Origin: Gammaproteobacteria bacterium
GTDB lineage: Bacteria > Pseudomonadota > Gammaproteobacteria > Eutrophobiales > Eutrophobiaceae
Length of the DNA stretch: 64,000 nucleotides
Assembly (NCBI GenBank): GCA_965222155.1
Contig: CBDCTH010000012.1
Location: 192,001-256,000, forward strand
Reading direction: 5' to 3'
A program made the position numbers and the translations under genes. Below, piece by piece: positions 19,017-30,075 of this stretch. The notes beneath the pieces were generated by a model. That model saw only the letters and a program-made list of their open reading frames with translations, was not told where the DNA came from and did no database searches. Within the stretch, counting starts at the first letter, position 1. Every line of letters begins with the position of its first letter.

Positions 19017-20225
19017 ATGAGCAATCAAGCCTACGTATACGATGCCGTCCGCACGCCGCGCAGCAAGGGTAAAAAAGACGGAAAACTTCACGAAGTCAAA
19101 CCCCTTGAGCTGGGGGCGGGTTTGTTGCGTGCGTTGCAGTCCCGTCACGACCTGGACACGGCGTATGTGGACGATGTCATGCTGGGCTGTGTAACCCCGG
19201 TGGGTGAGCAGGGTTCCAATATTGCCAAATTGGTGGCGCAGCAGGCGGGTTGGGACGAGAGCATCCCCGGTGTCAGCATGGATCGCTACTGTGCCTCGGG
19301 CCTGGAAGCGGTCAACTCTGCGGCGCAAAACGTCATGTCAGGCTGGAACCGGCTGATGGTCGCCGGTGGGGTGGAGAGCATGTCGCGAGTGCCCATTGGC
19401 TCCAATGGCGGCGCTTTCCTGATGGACCCTGAGTTTGTCACCACTCAGCGCATGACCAATCAAGGTGTAGCCGGTGATATGGTGGCAACGATGGAAGGTT
19501 TTAGCCGCGCAGACGTGGATGCCTATGCACTTGAGTCGCAGAAGCGTGCTTATCATGCCCAGTCCAATGGTTATTTTGACGAGTCAGTCGTGCCGGTCGT
19601 TGACAGTCTTGGGATGACCATTCTGGACAAGGATGACTACCTGAAGCCCCACACCACTATGGAAGGCCTGGCCGCGCTCAAACCGTCGTTTGAAATGGCC
19701 GGCGCCATGGGAATGGATAACACCGCGCTCAGTAAATACCCTGAATACAACGCGGTGAATCACGTACACACAGCGGGCAACTCCTCCGGCATTGTCGACG
19801 GCGCCAGCGCCGTACTGGTTGGTAACGAACAGGCCGGTAAAGATCTGGGCTTGACCCCGCGCGCGCGCATGGTCGCCGGCGCGGTGACCAGCTCCTGCCC
19901 GACGCTCATGATGGTGGGCCCGGGGCCCGCCGCGAAAAAGTGTCTGAATATTGCCGGCCTGACCCCCAAGGACATCGACCTGTGGGAAATGAACGAGGCC
20001 TTCGCTGCCGCGGCCATGCGCTTTATGCGCGATCTGGATATCAGCCACGAAGTGACCAATGTCAACGGTGGCGCTATTGCCATGGGTCACCCGCTGGGGG
20101 CCACCGGCGCCATACTGCTCGGTACCATGCTTGATGAACTGGAACGTAGCGGCAGGAAGCGCGCGCTGATCACTCTGTGTGCGGGCGCCGGCATTGGTAT
20201 CGCCAGCATCATCGAACGTATGTAA
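19017..20225 (+). CDS. Acetyl-CoA C-acyltransferase (thiolase)
   Basis: [27 protein letters not shown]. Confidence 0.95.
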   Translation: MSNQAYVYDAVRTPRSKGKKDGKLHEVKPLELGAGLLRALQSRHDLDTAYVDDVMLGCVTPVGEQGSNIAKLVAQQAGWDESIPGVSMDRYCASGLEAVNSAAQNVMSGWNRLMVAGGVESMSRVPIGSNGGAFLMDPEFVTTQRMTNQGVAGDMVATMEGFSRADVDAYALESQKRAYHAQSNGYFDESVVPVVDSLGMTILDKDDYLKPHTTMEGLAALKPSFEMAGAMGMDNTALSKYPEYNAVNHVHTAGNSSGIVDGASAVLVGNEQAGKDLGLTPRARMVAGAVTSSCPTLMMVGPGPAAKKCLNIAGLTPKDIDLWEMNEAFAAAAMRFMRDLDISHEVTNVNGGAIAMGHPLGATGAILLGTMLDELERSGRKRALITLCAGAGIGIASIIERM

Positions 20226-20294
20226 ATCGACTGTTCATTAACACGTTAACAGCTACTCCACAACAGCCAAGCACAGAATTCGAGGGTAAGAAAA

Positions 20295-22454
20295 ATGAGT
20301 GGATTTCATTATGAAAAAGATAGTGATGACATAGTTACTATCACAATGGACCTGCCCGGGCCGGTCAACGCCATGGGCAAGCAGTTTGACGCAGCGTTTC
20401 AAGCGACGATGGCGGCACTGGAGGCGGAAACCAGCCTGACGGGTATTGTTTTCGCCTCTGCTAAAAAGACCTTTGTCGTTGGGGCTGATCTGGACATGAT
20501 CATCAGCCTGCAGCCAGGCGATGAAGCCGGGTTTTTTGATTTTGTCGAGAGGCATAAGAGATATTTCCGCCGTCTGGAACAATTACCGGTGCCCGTTGTA
20601 GCGGCAATCAACGGTGCGGCAATGGGTGGCGGTTTTGAGTGCTGTTTGGCCTGCAACCACCGCATTGCCTGGGATGATAAGTCGGTGCAGATTGCCCTGC
20701 CGGAGGTTAAATTTGGTCTGCTGCCTGGCGCCGGTGGCGTAGTACGTCTGACCCATATGTTGGGCTTCGAAAAGGCCCTGGCCATGCCCTACTTGCTGCG
20801 AGGTAAACAAGTGCCACCCGCACAGGCGCTGGCTGATGGCCTGATTCATCAGACCGTTGAGGATCTTGATGAACTGGTGCCCCGTGCCAGGGCCTGGATT
20901 TTGGAAAACAAGGATAATCCCGAAGCTGCCACCCAACCCTGGGACCGCAAAGGCTATAAGATCCCTGGTGGTGATATCAATCACCCCAGGGTTGCTCCGC
21001 TGGTGATCGCGGCTCCGCAAGGCTTACTGAAGGAAACTCGTGGCTTGATACCGGCGGCAGAACGTATTCTGGAAATTATGGTTGAGGCTATCACCACAGA
21101 TATCGATACTGCTCTGCTGGTGGAGACGCGCAAATTTTTGACGCTATTGACCTCGCCAGTCGCCAGAAACATGCTTACTGCGTTTTTTTTCAATTTACAT
21201 GCGGTGAAAGGTGGCATAAGTCGTCCTGAAGGAGTGCCGGCTACCCGGGTTACCAAAGTAGGCATTATCGGTGCCGGTATGATGGGTCAGGGTATTGCTT
21301 ATGTCTCTGCCAAAGCCGATTGTCGGGTGGTGCTGAAAGACATCTCCATGGCAGCGGCTGCAAAGGGCAAGGGCTACAGTGCCATGTTGATGGACAAAGC
21401 TATCAGGCGTGGTCGTGCCGACGAAGCCAAAAAGCAGGCCTTGCTGGGTCTCATCAAGACCACCGACAAAGATGCGGACCTGGCCGGTTGTGATTTGATT
21501 GTTGAAGCCGTGTTCGAGGATATAGACCTGAAAAACAGGGTGCTGCAGAGCGCCGAAGCACAGCTGGCCGAGGGGGGCACCTGGGGCTCCAACACCTCCA
21601 CGCTACCCATTACCCGTTTGGCCGAATCCAGCGCCAACCCCGGGAACTTTATCGGACTTCACTTCGCCTCGCCGGTGGATAAAATGCCGGCAGTAGAAAT
21701 TATCTGTGGTGAGAAGACCAGCGCTGAAACCCTGGCCAAAGCCTTTGACTATGTGACCAGGATCGGTAAGGTGCCTATCGTGGTCAACGACGGTGTGGGT
21801 TTCTATACCTCACGTGTCATTATTGGACAATTGAAGGAAGGCGCGCAGATGGTGGCTGAAGGCGTGCATCCGCTCCGCATCGATAATCTGGCTAAAGCCC
21901 TCGGCATGCCGGTTGGTCCGCTGACCCTGTACGATGAAGTCAGTCTGAAAACCACCAACCAGATCCGTGAAACCCAGCTGGAAATGGGGCTGGTCAAAGA
22001 GGAAGATGACCCGCGTCCGGAGGCTACCGCGCTGCTGCGATCGCTGGAAAATGAGCACGGTCGTGGAGGTCGTCACTACAACGGTGGTTTTTACGAATAC
22101 AGTGAGCACGGCAAACAGATCTGGCCGCAGTTGCTGGAGACCTGTTACAAGCCTGAGGCAAACGCAGCGATCAGCGACCAGGACATCAAAGATCGCCTGC
22201 TTTTCTCCAATGTCATTCCGGCGCTGGAGTGTCTGCAGGAAGGCATACTGCGCTCAGTTGCCGAAGGCAACATCGGTTCTATTATGGTGACTGGCGCGCC
22301 GGCGTGGACCGGTGGTTACCTGCAATTTGTCAACACATATGGTCTGCAGCGCTTTATAACCAGGTGTGACGAATTGGCCGCGCGCTATGGTGATCGTTTT
22401 AAAGCGCCGGCCGTTGTAGCTGAGAAATTGGCTGCTGGTGAGACTTTTCAGTAA
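20295..22454 (+). CDS. Multifunctional enoyl-CoA hydratase / 3-hydroxyacyl-CoA dehydrogenase (FadB/FadJ-like)
   Basis: AINGAAMGGG, LPEVKFGLLPGAGG, GIIGAGMMGQG, SNTSTLPIT, GLHFASPV. Confidence 0.95.
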   Translation: MSGFHYEKDSDDIVTITMDLPGPVNAMGKQFDAAFQATMAALEAETSLTGIVFASAKKTFVVGADLDMIISLQPGDEAGFFDFVERHKRYFRRLEQLPVPVVAAINGAAMGGGFECCLACNHRIAWDDKSVQIALPEVKFGLLPGAGGVVRLTHMLGFEKALAMPYLLRGKQVPPAQALADGLIHQTVEDLDELVPRARAWILENKDNPEAATQPWDRKGYKIPGGDINHPRVAPLVIAAPQGLLKETRGLIPAAERILEIMVEAITTDIDTALLVETRKFLTLLTSPVARNMLTAFFFNLHAVKGGISRPEGVPATRVTKVGIIGAGMMGQGIAYVSAKADCRVVLKDISMAAAAKGKGYSAMLMDKAIRRGRADEAKKQALLGLIKTTDKDADLAGCDLIVEAVFEDIDLKNRVLQSAEAQLAEGGTWGSNTSTLPITRLAESSANPGNFIGLHFASPVDKMPAVEIICGEKTSAETLAKAFDYVTRIGKVPIVVNDGVGFYTSRVIIGQLKEGAQMVAEGVHPLRIDNLAKALGMPVGPLTLYDEVSLKTTNQIRETQLEMGLVKEEDDPRPEATALLRSLENEHGRGGRHYNGGFYEYSEHGKQIWPQLLETCYKPEANAAISDQDIKDRLLFSNVIPALECLQEGILRSVAEGNIGSIMVTGAPAWTGGYLQFVNTYGLQRFITRCDELAARYGDRFKAPAVVAEKLAAGETFQ

Positions 22455-22553
22455 TGCATAGCGTGACACGTCAACATTCAGCGGGAACTACTGAACAGTT
22501 AGCGTTCGACTCACTGAACTGACCTGAAATAAACTGACGATGTAGGAGTAGCC

Positions 22554-23702
22554 ATGATTCCAAGAACGATATTTGAGCCTGAACATGAACAGTTTCGGGA
22601 CAGCGTGCGCAAGTTTTTACGAACCGAAGCGGTGCCCCATTACCGGCAGTGGGAAAAAGACGGGCAAGTTGACCCGGCAATCTGGCTAAAGGCGGGTGAG
22701 CAGGGTTATTTGTGTCCACAAATGCCGGAAGAATACGGTGGCTGCGGCGCTGACTTTCGCTATAACGTGGTGGTGACTGAAGAAATTGCCAACAATGATT
22801 TAACCGGCTTGGCGTTTATGCTCCATTCAGATATTGTAGTGCCCTATATTCTCGATAGTGGGACTGAAGAACAGAAGCTCAAATACCTGCCCCGCTGCGT
22901 GACGGGTGAGACCATTACCGGCTTGGCCATTACTGAACCGGGTACCGGTTCCGATGTCCAGGCAATCAAAACCAGCGCGGTTCCTGATGGTGATGCCTAC
23001 ATAATTAACGGCTCCAAAACCTTTATCAGCAATGGCCAGGTAGGACACCTGTTTGTGGTCGCTGCCAAAACCGATCCGGGCGCCGGCGCCAAAGGCATCA
23101 GCCTGTTTCTTGTGGAAGCGGATACTCCAGGTTTTCAACGGGGGAAAAAACTGGAAAAAATCGGTCTCAAAGCCCAGGACACGTCGGAGCTGTTTTTTCA
23201 GGATATGCGCGTACCCAAAGAGAACCTTATGGGTGGCGTCGAGGGCGCAGGGTTTGGGCAGATAATGAAGGGCCTGGCGCAGGAACGCCTGAGTGTGTCA
23301 GTGGGTTTCCTGGCGGGTGCGATCACTGTTATGAATCACACACTTGCATACGTTAAGGAACGCACAGCGTTTGGTAAGCCCATAGCGGGTTTCCAGAATA
23401 CGCAGTTCAAGCTGGCCGGGATGGACGCCGAACTGACGGCCATGCAGGTGTTTGTGGACCGTTGTCTGGAATTGCAGCTGGCGGGGCAACTGGATGAGGT
23501 GATAGCCGCCAAGGCCAAGTTACTGGTCACTGAGCTGAGTGGCCGCGTTGTGGATGAGTGTGTGCAGTTGCACGGCGGTTATGGCTACATGTGGGAATAC
23601 CCGGTGGCCCGTGCCTATGCGGATGTCCGTATCCAGCGCATCTATGGCGGTAGCAGTGAGATTATGAAGCTGATTATCAGCCGGAAATTATTAGCAGGTT
23701 GA
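22554..23702 (+). CDS. Acyl-CoA dehydrogenase (LCAD-like)
   Basis: AITEPGTGSD, NGSKTFISNG, CVQLHGGYGYMWEYPVARAYAD. Confidence 0.95.
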   Translation: MIPRTIFEPEHEQFRDSVRKFLRTEAVPHYRQWEKDGQVDPAIWLKAGEQGYLCPQMPEEYGGCGADFRYNVVVTEEIANNDLTGLAFMLHSDIVVPYILDSGTEEQKLKYLPRCVTGETITGLAITEPGTGSDVQAIKTSAVPDGDAYIINGSKTFISNGQVGHLFVVAAKTDPGAGAKGISLFLVEADTPGFQRGKKLEKIGLKAQDTSELFFQDMRVPKENLMGGVEGAGFGQIMKGLAQERLSVSVGFLAGAITVMNHTLAYVKERTAFGKPIAGFQNTQFKLAGMDAELTAMQVFVDRCLELQLAGQLDEVIAAKAKLLVTELSGRVVDECVQLHGGYGYMWEYPVARAYADVRIQRIYGGSSEIMKLIISRKLLAG

Positions 23703-23706
23703 CGCT

Positions 23707-24030
23707 AGCCCGGATTTCTCACCAGGCCGCTTATTGCCATCGGATATAGGTTTAATTTCATTGAGTTATGATAATGTGTTCATCATCCAGCCATAACAGA
23801 CTGAAGGGGACGGATTTGAAATCCGTCCCCGGAGAGTTCAGGCACCCGCTGGCGCAAAAAATCCGGCGCATTCATTGCGCCCATCCCCCTGCTCAACTCC
23901 ATACAGAGCTTGCCCCTGCGGTTGTAAGCAGGGGGGCAGGCTCTGGGCGCAACCCTACGGGCGGCTGTCGCCGTGCAAATCGGCTATCCTGCCGATTTGT
24001 CATCGCATCACCTGGTGAGAAATCCGGGCT
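23707..24030. mobile_element. MITE family D (324 bp)
   Basis: Perfect 20-bp TIR AGCCCGGATTTCTCACCAGG / CCTGGTGAGAAATCCGGGCT; internal palindrome GGGGACGGATTTGAAATCCGTCCCC. Confidence 0.8.
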
Positions 24031-24063
24031 TGTGTTTTAGACTCCAATTTATAGAGGTATGTC

Positions 24064-24837
24064 ATGAATATTATCGGAAAAGTAGCCGTTGTCACCGGCG
24101 GCGCCTCGGGCTTGGGCGAAGGCACTGTCAGAGCTTATGTGGAAAAAGGCGCCAAGGTGGCCATCTTTGACCTGAACGCCGAGCGCGCAGAAAACATGGT
24201 CACTGAGTTGGGTGCGGACAAGGTCGCTTTCTTCAACGTTAATGTGGCCGATGAAGCGTCGGTGATGACAGGGATTGCCGGAGTGATGGAAACATTTGGC
24301 GCCATTCACATTTGTAATAACTTCGCCGGTTACGGTATTGCAGTCAAAACCTATGGTAAAAAGGGTACGCATCCCTTGGACGCCTACAAAAATATTGTGG
24401 ATGTTAACCTGACCGGGACCTTTAATGTGGCACGCCTTGCCGCAGAACAAATGGCGCAGAACAAACCCTATGATGAGGACGCCGGTCGCGGTGTCATTAT
24501 CAATACCTCGTCTGTTGCAGCCTACGAGGGCCAGGTCGGCCAGGTGGCGTACAGCGCTACCAAAGGCGGTGTTGTCGGCATGACCCTGCCTATGGCGCGT
24601 GATTTGGCCTCGGTTGGCATTCGCGTGAACACGATTGTTCCGGGTTTGATTTATACGCCGTTGGCAGAAGGAATACCGGAAAACGTCTATAAGGCGCTTG
24701 AGGCCTCGGTGCTGTACCCACAACGTCTGGGTCGTCCGTCAGAAATTGCTCATCTATCAATAATGATAGTTGAAAACGACTATTTGAACGGTGAATGTAT
24801 TCGCTTGGATGGCGGCATTCGTATGCAACCCAGATGA
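24064..24837 (+). CDS. SDR, 3-hydroxyacyl-CoA dehydrogenase type II (HSD17B10-like)
   Basis: TGGASGLG, YSATKGG, NDYLNGECIRLDGGIRM. Confidence 0.92.
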   Translation: MNIIGKVAVVTGGASGLGEGTVRAYVEKGAKVAIFDLNAERAENMVTELGADKVAFFNVNVADEASVMTGIAGVMETFGAIHICNNFAGYGIAVKTYGKKGTHPLDAYKNIVDVNLTGTFNVARLAAEQMAQNKPYDEDAGRGVIINTSSVAAYEGQVGQVAYSATKGGVVGMTLPMARDLASVGIRVNTIVPGLIYTPLAEGIPENVYKALEASVLYPQRLGRPSEIAHLSIMIVENDYLNGECIRLDGGIRMQPR

Positions 24838-24914
24838 CGAAAATTACTTTTGCTCTACGTTAATCTGAGACGGATTCAAGTCATAAGCGCAACAAGTGGT
24901 TTGGTTTTGGTAAA

Positions 24915-25397
24915 ATGAGTATGTCAAAAGATGAGACTCGCCAGGTCGTCGAACGCTGGCTGGAAGAAATTTTTAACAAACACCGGCTTGATGCCGTGGA
25001 TGAACTACTGGCCGAGGATTTCAAACGTTACGATGGACATAGCTGGACCTACGGACGTGAAAACTACAAACGTCTGTTAAGCTCGTTTTTCCACGCCTTG
25101 CCTGATGTGAAGCATACGGCCACACATATCGCCATCGACGGGGATCTTGTGATGATGCGCTGGGAGGCAACCGGCACTTTCACTGGCGATTTTCTCGCCC
25201 CGGACGGTTCAGTGGCTTTCCCGGCAACCAATCAGCCTGTCGCTTTCACCGGGACCGACACCGTCGTCCTGAGGGACGGGCTGGTGACGGAAACCTACTC
25301 TTCTGCAGATAAACTGGCGTTATTTGGTCAGCTTGTCCCGACTATCGGGGCGACCGTTATGCAGGAGTTCAGTAAGTTGGCTCCATCTTCGAATTAG
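24915..25397 (+). CDS. SnoaL/NTF2-like ester cyclase family protein
   Basis: EIFNKHRLDAVDELLAEDF, WEATGTFTGDF; close paralog at 58849. Confidence 0.8.
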   Translation: MSMSKDETRQVVERWLEEIFNKHRLDAVDELLAEDFKRYDGHSWTYGRENYKRLLSSFFHALPDVKHTATHIAIDGDLVMMRWEATGTFTGDFLAPDGSVAFPATNQPVAFTGTDTVVLRDGLVTETYSSADKLALFGQLVPTIGATVMQEFSKLAPSSN

Positions 25398-25436
25398 AGA
25401 ACGGCTATCACAGAAGTCTTATCAAAATCGCTCTTG

Positions 25437-25483
25437 TCAGTTCACCATTATTAAACCACCGCAAACACTGAGAGCTTGCCCGG
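25437..25483 (-). pseudogene. 3'-end remnant of an SDR paralog of 46313-47140
   Basis: Near-identical to 46313-46359; encodes GQALSVCGGLIMVN* versus GQALSVCGGSVMVN*. Confidence 0.8.
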
Positions 25484-25488
25484 CGTGT

Positions 25489-26418
25489 TTAAGTCTGTAA
25501 GGTCAACTCAAACCGTACCCTTGGAAAATGCACGTGAACGGGCTTGCCTGCATCACTTTCCCGAGCCAGAATCCAGCGCGTGTCATCTTCACCCACCAAC
25601 ATGCCCCGGGTTGGGACAGGCATGGTTTCCGTAGGTTTTATTTCAACCTGACTGCCTGTCAACGGGCTTTTCGTCATGGCGGCAGGGATGGGTCGTGGTG
25701 TGGAATTTTTAGCTGTGTCCAGCGCTTTGACAGTATTAATCCTGATCATGTTGCCGTGACCCAAAGCCATCATACGGCCATACCAGGCTGTTAAGCGCTC
25801 AAGGCCCGCCAGCATGGATTGTCCCTCCATATCCAAGCGCCACCAGACAAACTGTACGGCGGTAAAATCCGCAATCGTGGGGACGCTGGAACCAAACAGG
25901 TAGTCACCATCGGCAAGACGCTCATCCAGGTCACGTAAATGCGCCTGCCAGACAGCCCGTGCGCCTGCGCGCGCAGGAAGCTTAAAGGGGCTTATTTCTG
26001 CAATATGTTTCTTGTCTTGCAAATAGGAAAACCAATGCCGGACCGGCACCTTCCTGGCCATCACCTTCAGCGCCCCAACTACGGGTACTGAGCTGAGCAT
26101 GTGGTAGTAGACCCGTGTTTCCACGTCTTCCACAAAATCCTGACTGGTTTGCGGCTGAGCAGCAGCGGAGAGCTCCGGGTGGTTGGTCATGCGGGCAATC
26201 TCTTCACAGATTATGCGCGAATCACAGAACACGTCGGCCCCTACCTGTGCCACCGGAATACGGCGATAGCCACCTGCCAGAGGGTCAATTGACGGACGTG
26301 GCGGGTAGAAGGTTGCGTGAACAGATTGCCAGGTGGTATTGGTATAACCCAGCATCAGACGGACTTTTTCCGAATAGGGTGATGTGTAACGATGGTGAAC
26401 AATCAGTGTATCGGTCAT
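25489..26418 (-). CDS. Glutathione S-transferase family protein
   Basis: SPYSEKVRLMLG, GGYRRIPVAQVGADVFCDSRII, VHVHFPR. Confidence 0.9.
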   Translation of the reverse strand: MTDTLIVHHRYTSPYSEKVRLMLGYTNTTWQSVHATFYPPRPSIDPLAGGYRRIPVAQVGADVFCDSRIICEEIARMTNHPELSAAAQPQTSQDFVEDVETRVYYHMLSSVPVVGALKVMARKVPVRHWFSYLQDKKHIAEISPFKLPARAGARAVWQAHLRDLDERLADGDYLFGSSVPTIADFTAVQFVWWRLDMEGQSMLAGLERLTAWYGRMMALGHGNMIRINTVKALDTAKNSTPRPIPAAMTKSPLTGSQVEIKPTETMPVPTRGMLVGEDDTRWILARESDAGKPVHVHFPRVRFELTLQT

Positions 26419-26487
26419 GTATCAGTTACCTGTCGATAATTATAGTGTAATTCCTTCCATACCGCCGCCGCTGAAGATGCGCTCTGT

Positions 26488-27357
26488 TTATTGCTTTTTG
26501 ATACGCATCAGTGCTTCTTGCGCAGTAGAGGCAACCAGTTCGCCTTTGCCGTTAAAAAAGCTCCCCCTGGAAAGGCCGCGCGCCCCAATGGCTCGGGGGC
26601 TGTCGCAAGCATAAGCCACCCACTGATCGACACGGTGGGGCAGGTGAAACCACATAGCGTGGTCCAGGCTGGCGCCCTGTAAGTTTGGCGCATGGAAATT
26701 AATGGGGTGTGGAATAGTGGCTGTTAATGCCAGGCCTAAATCGGAAATATAGGCAAGCAGAGTTTGGTGGAGTATCGGATCGTCAGGTAGTTCACCCATC
26801 AGCTTGAACCAAATTCCGTAGCTTGCGTCGAGCTCGGTAGGTTCAGGATGCTGGAAGTCGGGAAACAATGTGTGGCGTATGTCCCAGACCGCAAAGAGTT
26901 CAGGATTGTCCAGCGCGCGCGTCGAATGATCATTACCTGTGCGAATCAGGTAGTCTCTTAAGGATTCCAATTGTTCAGGACGCGGCATGTCCGGCATGGG
27001 TATCTGGTGTTCAAAACCCTGTTCGATGATCTGAAAGGACAGTGAGCAGTTAAAGATTGCCTCGCCATTTTGTAGGGCGACCACACGCCGGGTGGTAAAG
27101 CTGCCACCGTCGCGTATTGGGTCGACCTCATAAAGAACAGGACGGTCCGGATCACCCGGGCGCAGGAAATAAGCATGCAGGGAGTGGATAACCCGCTCAC
27201 GGCTGACTGTGCGCAGTGCGGCATTCAATGACTGAGCAATAACCTGACCTCCGTAGATACGCGGCAGGGTGGGTCGAGGCGTAGTTCCTCGGTAAAGGTA
27301 TTTGTCAATTGTTTCAACCTTCAGGCTGTCGATCAAATTGCTGAGTGCGTCATTCAT
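26488..27357 (-). CDS. tesB: Acyl-CoA thioesterase II
   Basis: IYGGQVIAQ, HSLHAYFLRPG, RDGGSFTTRRV, ASLDHAMWFH. Confidence 0.9.
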   Translation of the reverse strand: MNDALSNLIDSLKVETIDKYLYRGTTPRPTLPRIYGGQVIAQSLNAALRTVSRERVIHSLHAYFLRPGDPDRPVLYEVDPIRDGGSFTTRRVVALQNGEAIFNCSLSFQIIEQGFEHQIPMPDMPRPEQLESLRDYLIRTGNDHSTRALDNPELFAVWDIRHTLFPDFQHPEPTELDASYGIWFKLMGELPDDPILHQTLLAYISDLGLALTATIPHPINFHAPNLQGASLDHAMWFHLPHRVDQWVAYACDSPRAIGARGLSRGSFFNGKGELVASTAQEALMRIKKQ

Positions 27358-27369
27358 AGAAACAACTAA

Positions 27370-27510
27370 TTAATCGGGTGTCTCCGCCGTCACGATAATC
27401 CCATCGGCGTCAAAGCGCAATTCGGCGGTATTCTCCAGTGTGAATTCTGAGCGATTTTCAAACAACATCAGCGGGTTGCATTTTATCACAGAATTCACCA
27501 GATCAGGCAG
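27370..27510 (-). pseudogene. Short remnant resembling the C-terminus of the 35521-36468 protein
   Basis: Frame reads LPDLVNSVIKCNPLMLFENRSEFTLENTAE..., versus QQLMLFENISDFFWEETGE. Confidence 0.3.
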
Positions 27511-27636
27511 GCTCTTTGGACATGGGCTTTTCTCCCCGTCTCAGGGTGTTATACCACGAGCTGATGGATACTTTCAGCGAGCTTTTCAGGCATAGAAAAA
27601 AATGGCGAGTGGTCGGATTCAAGAGTTATCACATCG

Positions 27637-28695
27637 TTAATCCGATTCCATATTGACGACAGTGATGCCGAAGTTTTCTCCTCGCATCATCCCGATTAGT
27701 GTTTGAGGCAGCTTTTCAAAACCTACGGTAACGTCTTCCTTGTATTTGAGCTTTCCTTCAGCATAGAGTTTTGCCAACCTGTTAGTGGCTTCGGGTATCT
27801 TGTCTTCATGATCAAAAACATACAAACCTTCCATAGTGCCCCTGAAATACACGAGGTTGAAGTAGTTTTTCGGGCCAACCTGTCCGACGCCGCTGGCTTC
27901 ACCCGCCTTACCCTGAATACCGTCTTCGACTTGCGAGGTTTCACCACAAACCACAATACGCCCACGCACAGCCATATTCAACAAGGCATCGTCCAGCATT
28001 TCGCCACCAATATTGTCGAAATAGATATCCATGCCGCCGGGGCACAGCTCAGCAAACTTCCCGGCAACCTTGTCTGTTTTGTAATTGATGGTTGCATCAA
28101 TACCTAAGTCATCAGTCAGCCACTTACACTTTTCATCTGAACCGGCAATACCAATAACTCTGCAACCAGAGAGTTTGCCAAGCTGGCAGACCAGCGAGCC
28201 TACGGTACCTGCTGCACCCGACACGACCAAGGTGTCTCCAACTCTGGGACGACCGTGTTCAAACAAGCCGAAATAGGCAGTCATTCCGGAGTAACCAAGT
28301 ATGTGGAGACGAGTCTGAATTGGCAGGCCTTCAAGTGGCTCAACTTTTTTCATGGGAATGATGTTGGCCAGTTTGACGGAACCACCCAAGCCCGCGCGGC
28401 GTTGGGAGGACACCATATACTCGGTCCAGCCACTGACACCGGTCACATAATCACCAACAGGAAAATCCGGGTTTTTTGATTCAATAACTCGGGAAAGAGT
28501 GCCTCCAAAAACAGGGTTATCGGGCACCCAGTGCTTGCGCGTGGCCGGAGATAATGCAAAGCACACCGCTCTGGCCAGGAACTCGCCCTCCTTGATTTCC
28601 GGTACTGGTGTTTCACTAAAAATAAAATTCGATTCATCAACGCGCGCTGTCGGTCGGGGGCCGCAGAGCCACTGGCGGTTCATATGCTGAGTCAT
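27637..28695 (-). CDS. NADP-dependent oxidoreductase (prostaglandin reductase/CurA-like MDR)
   Basis: GMTAYFGL, VSGAAGTVGSLVCQ, DIYFDNIGG. Confidence 0.9.
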   Translation of the reverse strand: MTQHMNRQWLCGPRPTARVDESNFIFSETPVPEIKEGEFLARAVCFALSPATRKHWVPDNPVFGGTLSRVIESKNPDFPVGDYVTGVSGWTEYMVSSQRRAGLGGSVKLANIIPMKKVEPLEGLPIQTRLHILGYSGMTAYFGLFEHGRPRVGDTLVVSGAAGTVGSLVCQLGKLSGCRVIGIAGSDEKCKWLTDDLGIDATINYKTDKVAGKFAELCPGGMDIYFDNIGGEMLDDALLNMAVRGRIVVCGETSQVEDGIQGKAGEASGVGQVGPKNYFNLVYFRGTMEGLYVFDHEDKIPEATNRLAKLYAEGKLKYKEDVTVGFEKLPQTLIGMMRGENFGITVVNMESD

Positions 28696-28855
28696 GCTGT
28701 ATCTCCAAAATGTATAGTTTTCTGTATCTTTTCAAGTTGCTTCCCCCTTTGTAGAACGATACAAAAGGAGAGATGATATTTAACCTCTGACTTAATCAGG
28801 TTTCTTAAGGTAATTATATCCATCAGCGGCGCTGATAGTGATGGAATAGTTTTAC

Positions 28856-30037
28856 TCAGTGGCCTTTGTACATAGTGACAACAACACCGCCACCCACACC
28901 CAGATTGTGCTGCAGGCCAATTTTTGCGCCCTGCACCTGACGCTGGTCTGCCGTGCCGCGCATCTGGTGGACCAGCTCGAAACACTGGGCTACACCCGTT
29001 GCGCCAATGGGATGCCCTTTGGACATCAAGCCACCAGACGGATTGACCACATGGCTGCCGCCGTATGTGTTATCGCCATTGGCGATAAACTCGGTCGCGC
29101 AGCCTTCAGGGCACAATTGCAGGGCTTCATAGCTAATCACTTCGTTGGTGGTAAAACAATCGTGCAATTCCACCACGTCCACGTCTTCGGGGCCAATGCC
29201 GGTTTGTTCGTACACCTGCGCCGCCGCCCGACCGGCCATTTCCGCGCCGACCAGATTCATCGGACTGGTAAAGCTTTCCGGAATGTCGGTGGCCATCGCT
29301 TGACCGGCAATTTCAATGCCGTGCGTAATACCCTGTTTTTTAGCAAAATCAGGGCTACAGATTAGCGCCGCAGCGGCGCCACAAGTAGGAGGGCAGCACA
29401 TATAGCGCGTCAGGTAATCCAGATACACCACCGGAGACTCGACAACCTCTGCTTCGGTCAAGGGAGTGGTAAATACCGCATGGGGGTTTAATGCGGCATG
29501 GTTGCGGCTCTTCACGGCGACTTTGGCAAAAATATCCGGCTTGGCATCGTACTTTTCCATATAGTCATGCCCCGCGGCGCCAAAACTCATCCCCGCAGGA
29601 AAATTGCCGACCGGGTAACCGAATTCGGTATGCAGGCGCTCATAGACGCTTTTCATTGTAGGCATTTCACGGTCATCCCAATGGCTTTTTAATGCGCCGG
29701 TCTGCATCTGCTCAAAACCAAAGGCCAAGGCACATTCCACGCCGCCACCCTCTACAGCCTGACGCGCCAGATAGATGGCGTTAGATCCGGAGGCACAGTT
29801 ATTGTTAACGTTAAATACCGGAATACCAGTCATAAAAGCGTCATAAAGCGCATGTTCACCACTGGTGGAATCCCCGTAGATATAGGCGGCGTAAGCCTGC
29901 TCAATCAATGTGTAATCGATACCTGCATCAGCGATCGCTGCTTTAATGGCATTGGCGGCCATTACGCGATAAGGCACTTGCTGGCTGGGCTTGGTAAATT
30001 TCACCATGCCGACGCCGGTGACAATTGCTTTAGTCAT
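28856..30037 (-). CDS. SCP-x-type thiolase / lipid-transfer protein
   Basis: NVNNNCASGS, VVELHDCF, NPSGGLMSKGHPIGATG, QHNLGVGG. Confidence 0.92.
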   Translation of the reverse strand: MTKAIVTGVGMVKFTKPSQQVPYRVMAANAIKAAIADAGIDYTLIEQAYAAYIYGDSTSGEHALYDAFMTGIPVFNVNNNCASGSNAIYLARQAVEGGGVECALAFGFEQMQTGALKSHWDDREMPTMKSVYERLHTEFGYPVGNFPAGMSFGAAGHDYMEKYDAKPDIFAKVAVKSRNHAALNPHAVFTTPLTEAEVVESPVVYLDYLTRYMCCPPTCGAAAALICSPDFAKKQGITHGIEIAGQAMATDIPESFTSPMNLVGAEMAGRAAAQVYEQTGIGPEDVDVVELHDCFTTNEVISYEALQLCPEGCATEFIANGDNTYGGSHVVNPSGGLMSKGHPIGATGVAQCFELVHQMRGTADQRQVQGAKIGLQHNLGVGGGVVVTMYKGH

Positions 30038-30075
30038 TGTAACCTCCTGACTGTTTCATGTTCATCAATAAATCA